Source: Chloroflexota bacterium
GTDB taxonomy: Bacteria; Chloroflexota; Dehalococcoidia; UBA2247; RBG-13-53-26
NCBI GenBank assembly: GCA_016875915.1
Contig: VGOM01000003.1
Coordinates: 66,716-130,715, forward strand
Reading direction: 5' to 3'
Length of the DNA: 64,000 nucleotides
The position numbers and the translations under genes are program-made. Below are positions 9,640-19,605 of the stretch, piece after piece (positions within the stretch are counted from its first letter, which is position 1; every line of letters starts with the position of its first letter). Below the pieces are notes generated by a model. The model made no database searches. It was not told where the DNA came from and saw only the letters and a list, made by a program, of their open reading frames with translations.

Positions 9640-10395
9640 TTACAGGCCAACCCTGTCGATCAGTTGAGTCACCCCTGTTCGCAGGGGCGAGTCCTGAGGC
9701 AACTGGGTCGTCGGCAGGCCTTTGACCTCCAGTTCCGCCAGGTTGGGGTCCTGTCGTATGGTGGCCATCAGCTCGAAGTTGTACTTGTTGATCGTCTCCT
9801 CGATCTCCGGAGGCAGGCCGTTGAGGGAGCGGTTGACCACCAGGCAGACCTTGCCCACGCTGGTTCGCAGTTCCCTGACGAGTGACTTCATGGCGGCGGC
9901 GGTTCTGATCCCTCTCTGGGTGAGGTCGGAGACGATGAGCAGTATGTCCACGTCCCTGGTCGTCTGGCGACTGATGTGCTCCATGCCCGCCTCGCTGTCG
10001 ATGACCACGTAGCGGTAGTTCTGGCCCAGCTTGTCGATGGACAGACGAAGCATGTTGTTGGCCGCGCAGTAGCAGCCGGGCCCCTCGGGGCGCCCGATGG
10101 CCAGGAGGTCGAATCCCTTGTATTCGTCCAGGGCCGCCCGTATCCTGCCGTCCAGGTACTCCTGTTTGGACAGGGTGGGACTGAAGGCCCCGGTCTGCAC
10201 CGACTGGCTCATCTCCTCGCGGATCCGGCCCACGGTCTCCCCAACGGGCACGCCCAGGGCCTGATTCAGGTTGGTGGCCGGGTCCGCGTCGATAGCCAGG
10301 ACCACCCCCTTCTGCGAAAGGAGATGGACCAGCAGGGCAGAAATAGTTGTCTTGCCGGTCCCCCCTTTGCCGGCAACGACAACTGTGGTGGTCAT
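9640..10395 (-). CDS. cooC: CO dehydrogenase nickel-insertion ATPase CooC/AcsF
   Basis: P-loop VAGKGGTGKTT; MinD/ParA fold with CxC; operon context. Confidence 0.85.
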   Translation of the reverse strand: MTTTVVVAGKGGTGKTTISALLVHLLSQKGVVLAIDADPATNLNQALGVPVGETVGRIREEMSQSVQTGAFSPTLSKQEYLDGRIRAALDEYKGFDLLAIGRPEGPGCYCAANNMLRLSIDKLGQNYRYVVIDSEAGMEHISRQTTRDVDILLIVSDLTQRGIRTAAAMKSLVRELRTSVGKVCLVVNRSLNGLPPEIEETINKYNFELMATIRQDPNLAELEVKGLPTTQLPQDSPLRTGVTQLIDRVGL

Positions 10396-10404
10396 GCTGT
10401 CGAC

Positions 10405-11772
10405 CTACTTCTTGAGGTTTGCGGCGAAGCCCGGCAGGAAGGCCGGGATCTCGCTGGCCTCCCTGGGGCCGACAACGATCTCCCAGCCGGGGAGGGCCTC
10501 CCCGAGTTCGCCCCTGATCCGGGCGGTCAGTCCAGGGATGATCAGCTTCCGGGTCTTGGTCCGGCCTTCAATGCCGCACTTCCTGACGAAGGGGGCGATG
10601 CTGTCGCCGGTGAACTTGCCGGCGGCCCAGCCGGTGAGCACACCCAGCCCCTCGGTGTCCTTGACCAGGAGGTAGGAAGCCACCTTGCTCCCCTCGATCT
10701 CGGAGCTGACGATGAAGTAGGTCAGGGCCCAGTTTGAGGTGATCAGGACCGGGGAGTCCTCAGTGGGCGTGCCTATGTCATATACCTTCTCTTCCACCGA
10801 CAGCGGCATGCGCGGATCGGTGAAGATGTTGAGACGCTGCACCAGAAGCGGCAGCAGCGAGTGCTGATCGAAGTCGGAGAGGACGGTGATGGCGGCGAAC
10901 TTCACCACGAATGCGGAGGCGGCCAGCGCCTCCTTCAGCCCGCCCTTGGCCACAAAGCATGGGAAGGATATGGTTGGATAGCCCAGCGGCCGGAAGTTCT
11001 GCTTCACCGCCGCCCTGCGGATGAAGGTCTGGTCTCGTATTCCTTCCGTGAGGTTCTTGGAGCCGGGGTCCAGGACCAGATCATCGATCTTCTCTGCCTT
11101 CAGCTTGGTGGTCAGTGGAACAAGTTCAGCGATACTGGAAGCCTTGACTCCCAGAGGGGTTGGCGACTGCTTCACCCTGGGAATCACGGCGTCGATGTTC
11201 TCTTTGGTGATGGGATAGAGGAGCGGCTTTCGGTCGCCGCAGACGTCCCTGGCGGCGAACAGGGTCTCAACGTCGGTGCAAATGAGGACCAGCCCGGCAT
11301 CGGTGCTCGCGCATACCTTCTTCACCAGGGCCAGGTACTTGGCCTTGTCCCCGGATTCGTGTTGCAGGGCTATCAGGTCGGCCTTTAGCTTCAGCCCGAC
11401 CCTCTCGAACTGGATGTCTCTGACCTTCTTGATCTTGGCTTCTGCAACAGCATCGGAATCCTTGTCAGAGATGAGGATGGCTATGGCCGTGGGATGGAAG
11501 TAGGTCTTCTCATGCCGGTAGATCACCTCTTCGTTTCCGATCTGCACGGCGTTACTCCCGGCACCGATAGTGACCAGCTTGATGGCCGGCGCCAGGGCAT
11601 CCTCAAGCTCTGCCTTCACCTCAGCCGTCAGGTAGGGGCACTTGTCCAGCGTAGCTCCCCCTGAAGCCAGCTTCATGGCAAAGGCGAAACAGGTGGGGAA
11701 ACCGCACTCCTTGCAGTTCTTCTTCCCTGCTTCGGGCAGTCTCTTGACAACGTCGGTTCCTTTGATGGGCAT
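10405..11772 (-). CDS. cdhE: corrinoid iron-sulfur protein large subunit, CdhE/AcsC (gamma)
   Basis: N-terminal [4Fe-4S] motif CKECGFPTCFAFAMKLA...CPY, then a TIM-barrel/corrinoid domain; 455 aa. Confidence 0.9.
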   Translation of the reverse strand: MPIKGTDVVKRLPEAGKKNCKECGFPTCFAFAMKLASGGATLDKCPYLTAEVKAELEDALAPAIKLVTIGAGSNAVQIGNEEVIYRHEKTYFHPTAIAILISDKDSDAVAEAKIKKVRDIQFERVGLKLKADLIALQHESGDKAKYLALVKKVCASTDAGLVLICTDVETLFAARDVCGDRKPLLYPITKENIDAVIPRVKQSPTPLGVKASSIAELVPLTTKLKAEKIDDLVLDPGSKNLTEGIRDQTFIRRAAVKQNFRPLGYPTISFPCFVAKGGLKEALAASAFVVKFAAITVLSDFDQHSLLPLLVQRLNIFTDPRMPLSVEEKVYDIGTPTEDSPVLITSNWALTYFIVSSEIEGSKVASYLLVKDTEGLGVLTGWAAGKFTGDSIAPFVRKCGIEGRTKTRKLIIPGLTARIRGELGEALPGWEIVVGPREASEIPAFLPGFAANLKK

Positions 11773-11812
11773 GCTGAATCCTCCTCTATCTCAATGCAGT
11801 CCTATTCCGCAC

Positions 11813-13033
11813 CTAGATTGGCAGCTCTACCTCACCCTTTATCCAGGGGTGCCCCACCTTCTCCAGGAAGGCGGGAAGTTGGTCAACGGTCTTGACATCC
11901 TCTTCGCTGGCTATCTTGTCGTACAGGTCTGCCGGGATGACATCCTTGTAGCGTTCCTTGATGGCCTTGGGCATCCAGACTACTCTGCGCAGTCCGCCGT
12001 CTGCCTGGAAGAACTTCGGCGATCTGATCAGTTCCAGGGCCAGTCCGCAGGAACCCTCCACCTGTCTGCCGCCGGACGTTACCCCGGCCATCTTGGAGAA
12101 GGCCTCGCCGAGCAGCGTCGGCCCGACGAAATCCCTGTGGACGATGCCGAAGGCATCCACTTCTGGGATGTAGAACAGAATAGCCTGGAAGCAGCCACAG
12201 GAGGTGTGGGGGTGCTCAAAGGCGCTGTGGAGATAGACCCGATTGTATTCCCCCAACGATCTCTCGGCGACGCACTGATTGCAGCCACTGTATTCCCCCC
12301 TGCCGGGGTCCAGCAGTTCACCCTTCTCCACTCCGAAGATGGGACCTTCGGGATCCAGCTTGTAGGCCGCCTTGCCGTCAAACCAGTTGATGGCGCCGCA
12401 GTTGGCGATCCGCTCTGGAGTGATCACACAGCAGTGGGTGGGGGCGAAGCTCTGGCACAGGACGCAGCCGTAGAAGAGGTCCACGTCTTCTTCTCTCAGA
12501 CCCTTCAGCCTCTCATCCCTGGCCTCGTAGACCTTGAGGGCTTCGGCCAGCAACTCCTGGACCTTCTTCTCATCGGTGACCAGGGTGATCGATATCTTCT
12601 CGATGGCAGACAGCTCCGAGGTGTAGAGGAAGATCAGAATGTCCCCTACCTCCTTCAGGGAGTTGAGACCCTTCTTGAAGGAGGCCTTGCTCAACCTGAT
12701 CCAGACGTCGTTTCTCTGGTTCATGTGATACACGCCCTCTATGTAGTTGGCGTACATGTGCATCCGCCTCTCGATCACCGGCTCCATGTCCTTCTCTAGG
12801 GCCTCACCGGCGATATTGATCAGGATGGCTATGGGGTAGCTGGACCCCTCCGGCATATCCTTGATATCAGGTCCGATGACCTCCACCTTCTCGTGTTCGA
12901 TCTCATCGGGATTCTTCAGCGTCACCAGTTCGAACTTGGCCTTTGCCTTTGGACCGCCAAACTCGACCTGCATGTCCTCTTTGCGGATCACCTCGCCTTC
13001 ATACTGGGGCCCGATATCGACGTGAAACTCCAT
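11813..13033 (-). CDS. cdhC: acetyl-CoA synthase catalytic (A-cluster) subunit, archaeal-type CdhC (beta), short form of 406 aa
   Basis: A-cluster Cys-Gly-Cys (SCGCFQ) and upstream Cys ligands; operon context. Confidence 0.8.
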   Translation of the reverse strand: MEFHVDIGPQYEGEVIRKEDMQVEFGGPKAKAKFELVTLKNPDEIEHEKVEVIGPDIKDMPEGSSYPIAILINIAGEALEKDMEPVIERRMHMYANYIEGVYHMNQRNDVWIRLSKASFKKGLNSLKEVGDILIFLYTSELSAIEKISITLVTDEKKVQELLAEALKVYEARDERLKGLREEDVDLFYGCVLCQSFAPTHCCVITPERIANCGAINWFDGKAAYKLDPEGPIFGVEKGELLDPGRGEYSGCNQCVAERSLGEYNRVYLHSAFEHPHTSCGCFQAILFYIPEVDAFGIVHRDFVGPTLLGEAFSKMAGVTSGGRQVEGSCGLALELIRSPKFFQADGGLRRVVWMPKAIKERYKDVIPADLYDKIASEEDVKTVDQLPAFLEKVGHPWIKGEVELPI

Positions 13034-13034
13034 C

Positions 13035-13580
13035 CTATCCTTCCTCCTTCAATTTGGATACCAGGGTTTCCAGGAAACTCTTCCACTCCTCGTCCTTCCT
13101 GAAGTTCGGGAGTGAGAAATCAGCATTGGGGAACACGTATTTGCAGAGAGTCATGGTCTTCAAGTGGGGCGCGAAGTGCTTCAGAGTGGAGAGGCCCTGA
13201 TTCCCGAGGTCTGTCCTGATTCCGAAGAAGACCACCAGGTCGTGGTTGCCCTCCTTCCTGACGCCCTTCCAATCAGGATCCTTGAGGCGGTTGATTATCT
13301 CGACGACGTCATACTCGCTGTCGGGCTTGACCCCCAGTTCCATCATCTTGGCCCTGATGTGTGCCGTGGCGCATATCGGTGCCTTGGACGCCTTGGCTAT
13401 CTCCAGTGCGTATTCGACGAGGGACTTCCCGTCAAGGCAAGTGCCCAGCAATCTGGGGCCGAGCACGAATAGTGGTCGCTTCGCCCGCTTGATCGTGTCG
13501 GCAAACTCGGCAGCCTCGGTCACTACCTTGGCTCCCTTTGTCCCGGTTAGGACGTTGACCCTGTGAAGTGGCATCACCAT
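13035..13580 (-). CDS. cdhB: CODH/ACS epsilon subunit CdhB
   Basis: ~180 aa, positioned between cdhA and cdhC; typical CdhB size and composition. Confidence 0.7.
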   Translation of the reverse strand: MVMPLHRVNVLTGTKGAKVVTEAAEFADTIKRAKRPLFVLGPRLLGTCLDGKSLVEYALEIAKASKAPICATAHIRAKMMELGVKPDSEYDVVEIINRLKDPDWKGVRKEGNHDLVVFFGIRTDLGNQGLSTLKHFAPHLKTMTLCKYVFPNADFSLPNFRKDEEWKSFLETLVSKLKEEG

Positions 13581-13652
13581 AGCACTCGGTCCTCCTCGGT
13601 TGTCGACTCATGGCGTGTCGCGCGAATCATCAGTCTGCCCCCGTCACATTCC

Positions 13653-15965
13653 CTAGTGGATCACTGCTTCCAGAGGCACCTTGGTGGGATATGTGCCAAT
13701 CAGTGTGGGCAGGCTCAGAACGGGCTTGGGCTTCCAGCCGATCTCCTTGAGGTAGGTCAGTACCTCCTTCTTGTACACGATGGGGAGGTCCTTGTCGGTC
13801 CGGACATAGTGCTGCAGGTCCTCAGGCAGTCCGCTTCCCATATGCTTCTTGTACAGGGAGATGTAGTGATTGAGCTTGATCGCCCTGCCCTGCGGGGTGT
13901 CGTTCTTCCTGATACACAGCTTGGCGATGGTCACCATGGCTCGTTCCTTCGATTCCGTGACGTACACCAGGTGTTCTGGTGAAGGCTCCTCCGTGTCCAC
14001 GATTTCCCGTTTTCGCCCGTCCATGACCTTCCAGTCATCCTCGCCCTTCTTGCTGAGGTACAGTCTCCGGTATTTTGAGGAGTGAGGGCCGAGCAACACC
14101 GGGATGCCCATGCGGTTGCAGCCCGTGGCGATGGTGGCTGCCTTCTGGGAGTAGGCTCCCCAGGCCACTCCGCAGGCGCCCACGCGGTTGAGGATGTAGT
14201 CGGCGATAACCTCGTAGTTGCCCCTGAGAGGGAGGGTGGCGAAGATGTTGGCGATCTTTATGGCCGCCCCGGTGATGTGGGCATTGGCTACGCAGGAGCC
14301 CACGTTCACAACTCCTCCTGCGTCGAAGTTCCCCGGGAACCTCTCGTAGATCGTCTTTCCCTCGGCATCCTTCTTCATACCGGCCACCATAGCGGCGCAG
14401 CCGCTCATGACCACGATGTACTTCCTCTTGGCGAACTCCTCTGCCATCTCTACGATGTCGTCCACATCGGGGTAGTTGGAGCAGCCCACGAAGGCCACTA
14501 CCCCGGGGATGGTGCCGAGCACGATGGGGGCCCCGACGTTCCTGATCTCCGTGTCCATGATCGGGCCGCGTCCCGCCCTGACCTTGAAAGTATCGGTGCC
14601 GGCGACTGCCTGCATTATTCTCATTATGGGGATCTTGCGCGGGCAATCCTGATCGCACTTCCCACAGCCAATACACTCGTCAACCATCTGCCGCAGGGGC
14701 TCGAAATTGCCTTGCCCGGCCTGCCTTATCCCAGTCCCGATAGACATCAGGTTGGGACAGGCCCTCTCGCATATCTCGCATTCCCGACATGACTTGGCCA
14801 GCTCCTGGGCTTCCTTCTCGTCGAGGAGGTGCTTCCGTCTCTGTGGAGCCAGCTTCAGGGCCACCTTCACCGCCACCTCCCCGGCCTTCTCGTGGTCCAG
14901 GATGAGGTACTGCTTTCCTTCCTCGACCACCTTCTTCACGATCTCGTCGGCATCCATTTCGGTGGCGTCCTCGAAACCGTAGCAGGCCTTGTCCGAGGTG
15001 GCAATCATAGCGGTGCCCACCTTCTTGGCCTCTATGCCTACGTCAGTCCTGATGCACTGTTCATCCGTGACGATGACATCAGCTATCCCGGTCCTGACGT
15101 AGTAGAGCTGTCTGGAGAGCGGCCCGATCACCTTCGCCTTGTCGGCATATCTCGTGGTCTCCAGAGCGGTGCAGCAGATCCCGCCAACCTCCACCTTGTC
15201 GTACAGGTCGTTCTTGCGGAGATGGTCGATGATGTTCGTCGAGGTGGCGGGGTTGTGGCCGATGACCAGTATCGTCGGCTTGGCGATGTCCACACACGAG
15301 ACCCCAGCGTCGATCAAAGGCGTATCGGCAACCGAAGTTGGGTACTTGAAGCCGGTGATCTGGGCTATGTCGGCGGCTTCCATGACCACATGGTCCAGCA
15401 TGCCGGCATGAAGCGCCTTTGACTCGTAGTCCAGATTGCTGCCCTCCTGCCCCGTATTGAGGGCGGAAACCAGGTGGATCAGCTCACGTTCCGCGTATTC
15501 TACGGCCGTTCTCAGATCTGCCAGTGTCTCCGGCTTCAGGCCCAGCACTGTCCTGATGTTGGGGGCCTCAACGGCGACGTTGTCTCCCAGGTTGATCTTG
15601 CAGTCCTCGCCATGCTTCTCGATGAGGTAGTCGATGATATGCCGGGCATGGCCACCGTGGGCGGCCAGTCCCATACAGCAGGCCAGGAGCACGATCCTTC
15701 CCTGTTGACCGGCGATATCGATGCCGCAGGCTCCTCTCTTGCCCGCGGTGAGGTCGCACTTGCCGTAGGTGCAGAAACAGCACAGGTCGCAGAATGGTGC
15801 GTACCACGGAGCGTAGGTCTTCAGGAGCCTCATATCCCAGTTTCGCAGGTCGGCCACGTCTGGCATCGGCGTGGCGCCGATCGGCTCCCAGTTGTCTTCC
15901 GCCCTGATGATCTTCTCGATTTCCTTGCGTTTCTTGGTCTTCTTGTGTTCCGCTGTTTGCGTCAT
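13653..15965 (-). CDS. cdhA: carbon monoxide dehydrogenase catalytic alpha subunit CdhA (archaeal-type, with inserted ferredoxin domain)
   Basis: 770 aa. N-terminal Cys cluster CDLCCFCTYGKCDL; HcpC/CooS fold motifs; internal 2x[4Fe-4S] (CRECEICERACP, CIGCGKCDQDCP). Confidence 0.9.
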   Translation of the reverse strand: MTQTAEHKKTKKRKEIEKIIRAEDNWEPIGATPMPDVADLRNWDMRLLKTYAPWYAPFCDLCCFCTYGKCDLTAGKRGACGIDIAGQQGRIVLLACCMGLAAHGGHARHIIDYLIEKHGEDCKINLGDNVAVEAPNIRTVLGLKPETLADLRTAVEYAERELIHLVSALNTGQEGSNLDYESKALHAGMLDHVVMEAADIAQITGFKYPTSVADTPLIDAGVSCVDIAKPTILVIGHNPATSTNIIDHLRKNDLYDKVEVGGICCTALETTRYADKAKVIGPLSRQLYYVRTGIADVIVTDEQCIRTDVGIEAKKVGTAMIATSDKACYGFEDATEMDADEIVKKVVEEGKQYLILDHEKAGEVAVKVALKLAPQRRKHLLDEKEAQELAKSCRECEICERACPNLMSIGTGIRQAGQGNFEPLRQMVDECIGCGKCDQDCPRKIPIMRIMQAVAGTDTFKVRAGRGPIMDTEIRNVGAPIVLGTIPGVVAFVGCSNYPDVDDIVEMAEEFAKRKYIVVMSGCAAMVAGMKKDAEGKTIYERFPGNFDAGGVVNVGSCVANAHITGAAIKIANIFATLPLRGNYEVIADYILNRVGACGVAWGAYSQKAATIATGCNRMGIPVLLGPHSSKYRRLYLSKKGEDDWKVMDGRKREIVDTEEPSPEHLVYVTESKERAMVTIAKLCIRKNDTPQGRAIKLNHYISLYKKHMGSGLPEDLQHYVRTDKDLPIVYKKEVLTYLKEIGWKPKPVLSLPTLIGTYPTKVPLEAVIH

Positions 15966-15968
15966 GTC

Positions 15969-16874
15969 CTACCCCTGTTTGATGGTTTCTCTTACCAGCT
16001 TGAGTGTCTCGGGATGTCTCAACACCACCAGGTTTGCCCCGGCTAGGAGGAGGGAGATGGCGGTCATTCCTTCCCAGAGTATGCCCTGCTCCTTGTTCTC
16101 CTTGGCCTCCTTGGTCTTCCAGCACTCGCCTGCCACGTCGGCGATGATCGGCATCTGTGTCTGGGCGTCCTTGAAGATGACCCCGGTCTGCTTCGTTCTC
16201 TCCATGATGGTGAAGGTGTATTCCATGCCATACCCCAGGGCTGAACTCAGGGGGTCAATGACGACCCTGTCAGCGGGGAAGACCTTGGACAGTTTGATGT
16301 TCAGCTCTTTCATCAGGTTGATGTCCAGCGGGCTCTGAGCGATTATGGCATGGCCATTCTCTGCCGCAGCCTTGGCGATCACCTCGTAGTTCTCCTTCAC
16401 CACCGGGCCGAGGAGCAGGTTTTCGCCCTTGCACACTTCAGCCACCTTGGACAGCACCTGGGCGTCCTTCTTGTCGTCCTTTGACCCGCAGACGATCAGC
16501 GGTGCTCCCACTGCATCAGCCACCTTCTTGACCAGCTGTGCTGCTCCCTCTGCTGGGGCATTCTTGCCCGCCGGGTCGGTGCTCTCCAGTACCAGACAGA
16601 TGGCGTCCGCTCCATAGTCCAGGCACTTCTTGGCCCACTTGACGGGATCGGATATCACGTCTTGGAACGGTTCCAGGACCCACTTGGCCCATCCCTCTGG
16701 CGGTGAATCGAAGACTTGGAGGGCGAACTTGGGCGGGTTGGGTATGGAGCCCTCGTCGAAGAAATGGAAGGGGAGGGCATTCTCCCCGCCTATCTTCAAA
16801 GCCTTGGGGCCTTTGCCGATGGCAACCTCTCTGACCTTCCCGGTGTATGACTCGACTGCTGCTTTGTACTCCAT
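15969..16874 (-). CDS. cdhD: corrinoid iron-sulfur protein small subunit CdhD/AcsD (delta)
   Basis: 301 aa TIM-barrel protein directly upstream of cdhA; N-terminus MEYKAAVESYTGKVREVAIG resembles AcsD. Confidence 0.85.
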   Translation of the reverse strand: MEYKAAVESYTGKVREVAIGKGPKALKIGGENALPFHFFDEGSIPNPPKFALQVFDSPPEGWAKWVLEPFQDVISDPVKWAKKCLDYGADAICLVLESTDPAGKNAPAEGAAQLVKKVADAVGAPLIVCGSKDDKKDAQVLSKVAEVCKGENLLLGPVVKENYEVIAKAAAENGHAIIAQSPLDINLMKELNIKLSKVFPADRVVIDPLSSALGYGMEYTFTIMERTKQTGVIFKDAQTQMPIIADVAGECWKTKEAKENKEQGILWEGMTAISLLLAGANLVVLRHPETLKLVRETIKQG

Positions 16875-16900
16875 AGTCTGTCCCTTCTCCTTTCCTGTCT

Positions 16901-17815
16901 CTAGTCCTCCAACCAGGAATGGGAATATAGCGTCTGCCCCAGGAGGATCTGGGCTGTCTTCACATAGTCACGCTGCTTCTTGGAGAGGCTCGAGAGTACG
17001 ATATGTTCCTCGTCCATTGCCTTGTGGATGAGTTCGATGATGTCAGGCATCTTGCCCTGGTCTAGAGCCATTAGCTCCGCATCCAGGGGGTCGGCGATGG
17101 CGGAGTACAGTCCGTTTCGTTTCAGCATCATCAGGTAGGTGCGGTTGATGATCCCTCTGAGTTCCTCGGGTGTTCCATTGGACACATTTGAAAGGCCCAC
17201 TGTGGATTTGATGTCAGGCAGGATATCAGGCAGTATCTTGATGAACTCCAGGTCCGCGGTCACCTGTGTCTGGTCCGCGCTCACTGGCAGTACGATCGGA
17301 TCGACCCAGATGTCCTCGTTGGGGATGCCCAGTTCGTTGGCGTAGGCCACCGTGTCCAGGATGCTCTCTGTCCTCGATTCCACATCAGGCGGGCAACCCT
17401 TGTCTGTGAGCACTGACAGGACCACGGCAGTGTTGTACTTCTTGGCTAGGGGCAGCGTCTTCTCCTTGCTGTCGGTTCGCCCTGACGCCGAGTTGAGCAG
17501 TGGTCTCTTCTTGCTGGCCTTCAGACCTGCCTCCATGGCGATGGGATTCAGGGTATCTATCGACAACGGCAAATCGGACACGGCCTGCACGGTGTTCACC
17601 AGCCACTCCACGGTCTCCTCGGGGTTCTTCCTCGCTGGACCTATGTTCAGGTCCAGGTAATCCGCGCCTGCCTTGGTCTGAGCTATGGCCAGATCCTGGA
17701 TTACCTTGGCGTTTCTCTCCTTCACTGCTGTGGAGACTTCCTTGGAGATGATGTGGATATTCTCACCGATGATGATCACTGAGTACCTCCTTGCGTATTC
17801 TGAATGGCACGCCAA
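16901..17815 (-). CDS. acsE: methyltetrahydrofolate:corrinoid/iron-sulfur protein methyltransferase AcsE (pterin-binding, MtrH-like)
   Basis: 304 aa. Pterin-binding barrel motifs IIGENIH and DYLDLN; first gene of the operon. Confidence 0.85.
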   Translation of the reverse strand: MACHSEYARRYSVIIIGENIHIISKEVSTAVKERNAKVIQDLAIAQTKAGADYLDLNIGPARKNPEETVEWLVNTVQAVSDLPLSIDTLNPIAMEAGLKASKKRPLLNSASGRTDSKEKTLPLAKKYNTAVVLSVLTDKGCPPDVESRTESILDTVAYANELGIPNEDIWVDPIVLPVSADQTQVTADLEFIKILPDILPDIKSTVGLSNVSNGTPEELRGIINRTYLMMLKRNGLYSAIADPLDAELMALDQGKMPDIIELIHKAMDEEHIVLSSLSKKQRDYVKTAQILLGQTLYSHSWLED

Positions 17816-18162
17816 CCGCCGTCCGTGGTTGGGGGCTGACTGGAGTCGGACTGGTCCTGGGTCCCCCTGAGGGAGAAACCGGGCCTATGGACGGAGCTTC
17901 TGGGAGTTGAATCTGGATCAAGGAGGACGATGTCGGAAGAGGTGGCTACTTGACCACAGCCATGATGGCTGAAGTGTGTCCCCTTGGCTGATGCTGGGAA
18001 GAATCGCTGCGCACCTCCCCGTCCGGCACCGGGAGTGGCCCTTGTCTCCTTCATCCAAACGATTATTATAGCATCGCCCAATTGGGGCTACAAATCAGGG
18101 GTGAGGCCCGAGCCAGAGCGCGAGACGAGGTGCTGGCTGATCTCTGTTGCCGCCCTGGCTGG

Positions 18163-19605
18163 CTAGTCCATGGGGCAGGCGCAGTAGAGGTAGTCCACCT
18201 TCTGGTACTCGCCGATGTCGTGGTTGTTGTAGTAGAACTTGGCCAGCAGGGGGTCCACCTTGGCCTGTGTGTCGTAGTCCCAGGGTGGAGCGGCGCACTC
18301 CGGACACCAGTGTCCGGCCCGGATGAGGACCGGAGTGGCATCCCATTCATGATCGAAGGCGCAGCGCCACCTCAGCTTCGTCTTGGCATTGGTGAATGTG
18401 CTAGACAGGCACTCCCCTCCCCTTATCCTGGCCATGGTCTGGATCTCCTCCATGGTGAAGTTCTTCAGGTCGAGGATGGCTTGGGGTTCGCCCGGCTCAT
18501 CCTCGGGAACCGTATAGTGCTTCCAGTCGGGGATCTTCTCCCAGGCCTCGCGGCTGCCGAAGAACGCCTTGATCTTCTCCTCATCGTTGTTCTTGATCCA
18601 GTGCAGTGGCTCTGCCATCCTCTTCAGGAATGCCCTGACTACGAGGGGTGGCGCGATCCTGGCTCCGTATTTCAGATACCAGGGGATGTTGGCCTCCACC
18701 TGCTTGTAGTGGTCCTCGAGCGACTGCCTCCAGTGGCCCAGGTATTCGTTGAGGACGTAGCTGTCCTCGTACCAGCAGCAGTGGAAGTTCCGGGTGGCGA
18801 ACCAGTTCAATGGCATTATCTTCCGGTAGTCCCCCATGCCAAAGAGCTTCATCATGCGGTCAAGGTAGTCCTTGAAGACCACCCGGCAGGCCGGGCCTCC
18901 GCCCATGTTGTACACCCGGCCGTAGAAGTCATCGGGCGCCTCTATGGTCTGGACCAGGCCGTAGCCGGCGTCCGTGCTCGTGATCAGCTCTATGTGTGTG
19001 TCTACCGGCTGATGGAACATGATCGGGTCCATCAAAGTAAGGGCGTTGGGGATGGCGATGTAGGTCTGCCGCATTACCGCCCAGTACTTCAGCCCCGACT
19101 CTATGACCGACGTCTCGGCGGCAATCTTGGTCGTGGCGTAGTAGTCGCCCACGCTGGGCTTCATCGGGTCGCCCACCCTGACCATGTGGATCGGCGGCAG
19201 GCGGTCGCCATACTGGGCTACGGAGGCTACGTAGACGAGGCGGACGTTGTCCCCGTTCTGGGGCTGCTTCTTGATGGCGGCAATGATGTTGGCCGTGCCG
19301 CCCCGGTTGACGGCCTTGCACATGGCCGGCTTGTCGTCGGCCTCTGGGGCGATCAGCGAGGCGGGATGGAGGACGTGGTCTGCACCATCAATGGCCCTCA
19401 GCACGTCGTCGGGATTGCACAGGTCCCCCCAGGCGATGGTCACCCCCGGCTGCCCCTCGTACTTGGAGAAGGCCTTCTTGTTCTCCTTGGATGGCCGGAG
19501 GAGGAGAACTGTGTCGTACTTGTCCCTTCTCCGCAGCAGTTCCTGGAACGCCTCGCCGCCCATGGAGCCCGAGGCACCGGTAAGCACAATCTTCTTCTTG
19601 GCCAC
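18163..19605 (-). CDS. NAD-dependent epimerase/dehydratase family protein with long C-terminal extension
   Basis: N-terminal Rossmann motif VLTGASGSMGGE; YxxxK. The Trp/Cys-rich C-terminal ~150 aa is unrecognised. Confidence 0.6.
   Translation of the reverse strand: MAKKKIVLTGASGSMGGEAFQELLRRRDKYDTVLLLRPSKENKKAFSKYEGQPGVTIAWGDLCNPDDVLRAIDGADHVLHPASLIAPEADDKPAMCKAVNRGGTANIIAAIKKQPQNGDNVRLVYVASVAQYGDRLPPIHMVRVGDPMKPSVGDYYATTKIAAETSVIESGLKYWAVMRQTYIAIPNALTLMDPIMFHQPVDTHIELITSTDAGYGLVQTIEAPDDFYGRVYNMGGGPACRVVFKDYLDRMMKLFGMGDYRKIMPLNWFATRNFHCCWYEDSYVLNEYLGHWRQSLEDHYKQVEANIPWYLKYGARIAPPLVVRAFLKRMAEPLHWIKNNDEEKIKAFFGSREAWEKIPDWKHYTVPEDEPGEPQAILDLKNFTMEEIQTMARIRGGECLSSTFTNAKTKLRWRCAFDHEWDATPVLIRAGHWCPECAAPPWDYDTQAKVDPLLAKFYYNNHDIGEYQKVDYLYCACPMD

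Noticed and set aside
11813-13033. Short CdhC (406 aa) as a possible truncation or pseudogene
   Set aside because: The reading frame is intact and the A-cluster Cys-Gly-Cys and upstream Cys ligands are present. The start abuts the cdhB stop in operon fashion. It is more likely a naturally short archaeal-type beta subunit.
17816-18162. Possible riboswitch or attenuator in the 340-bp leader upstream of acsE
   Set aside because: I could not recognise a conserved riboswitch core (THF, cobalamin or SAM) by eye. It is left as an unannotated long 5' region worth an Rfam scan.
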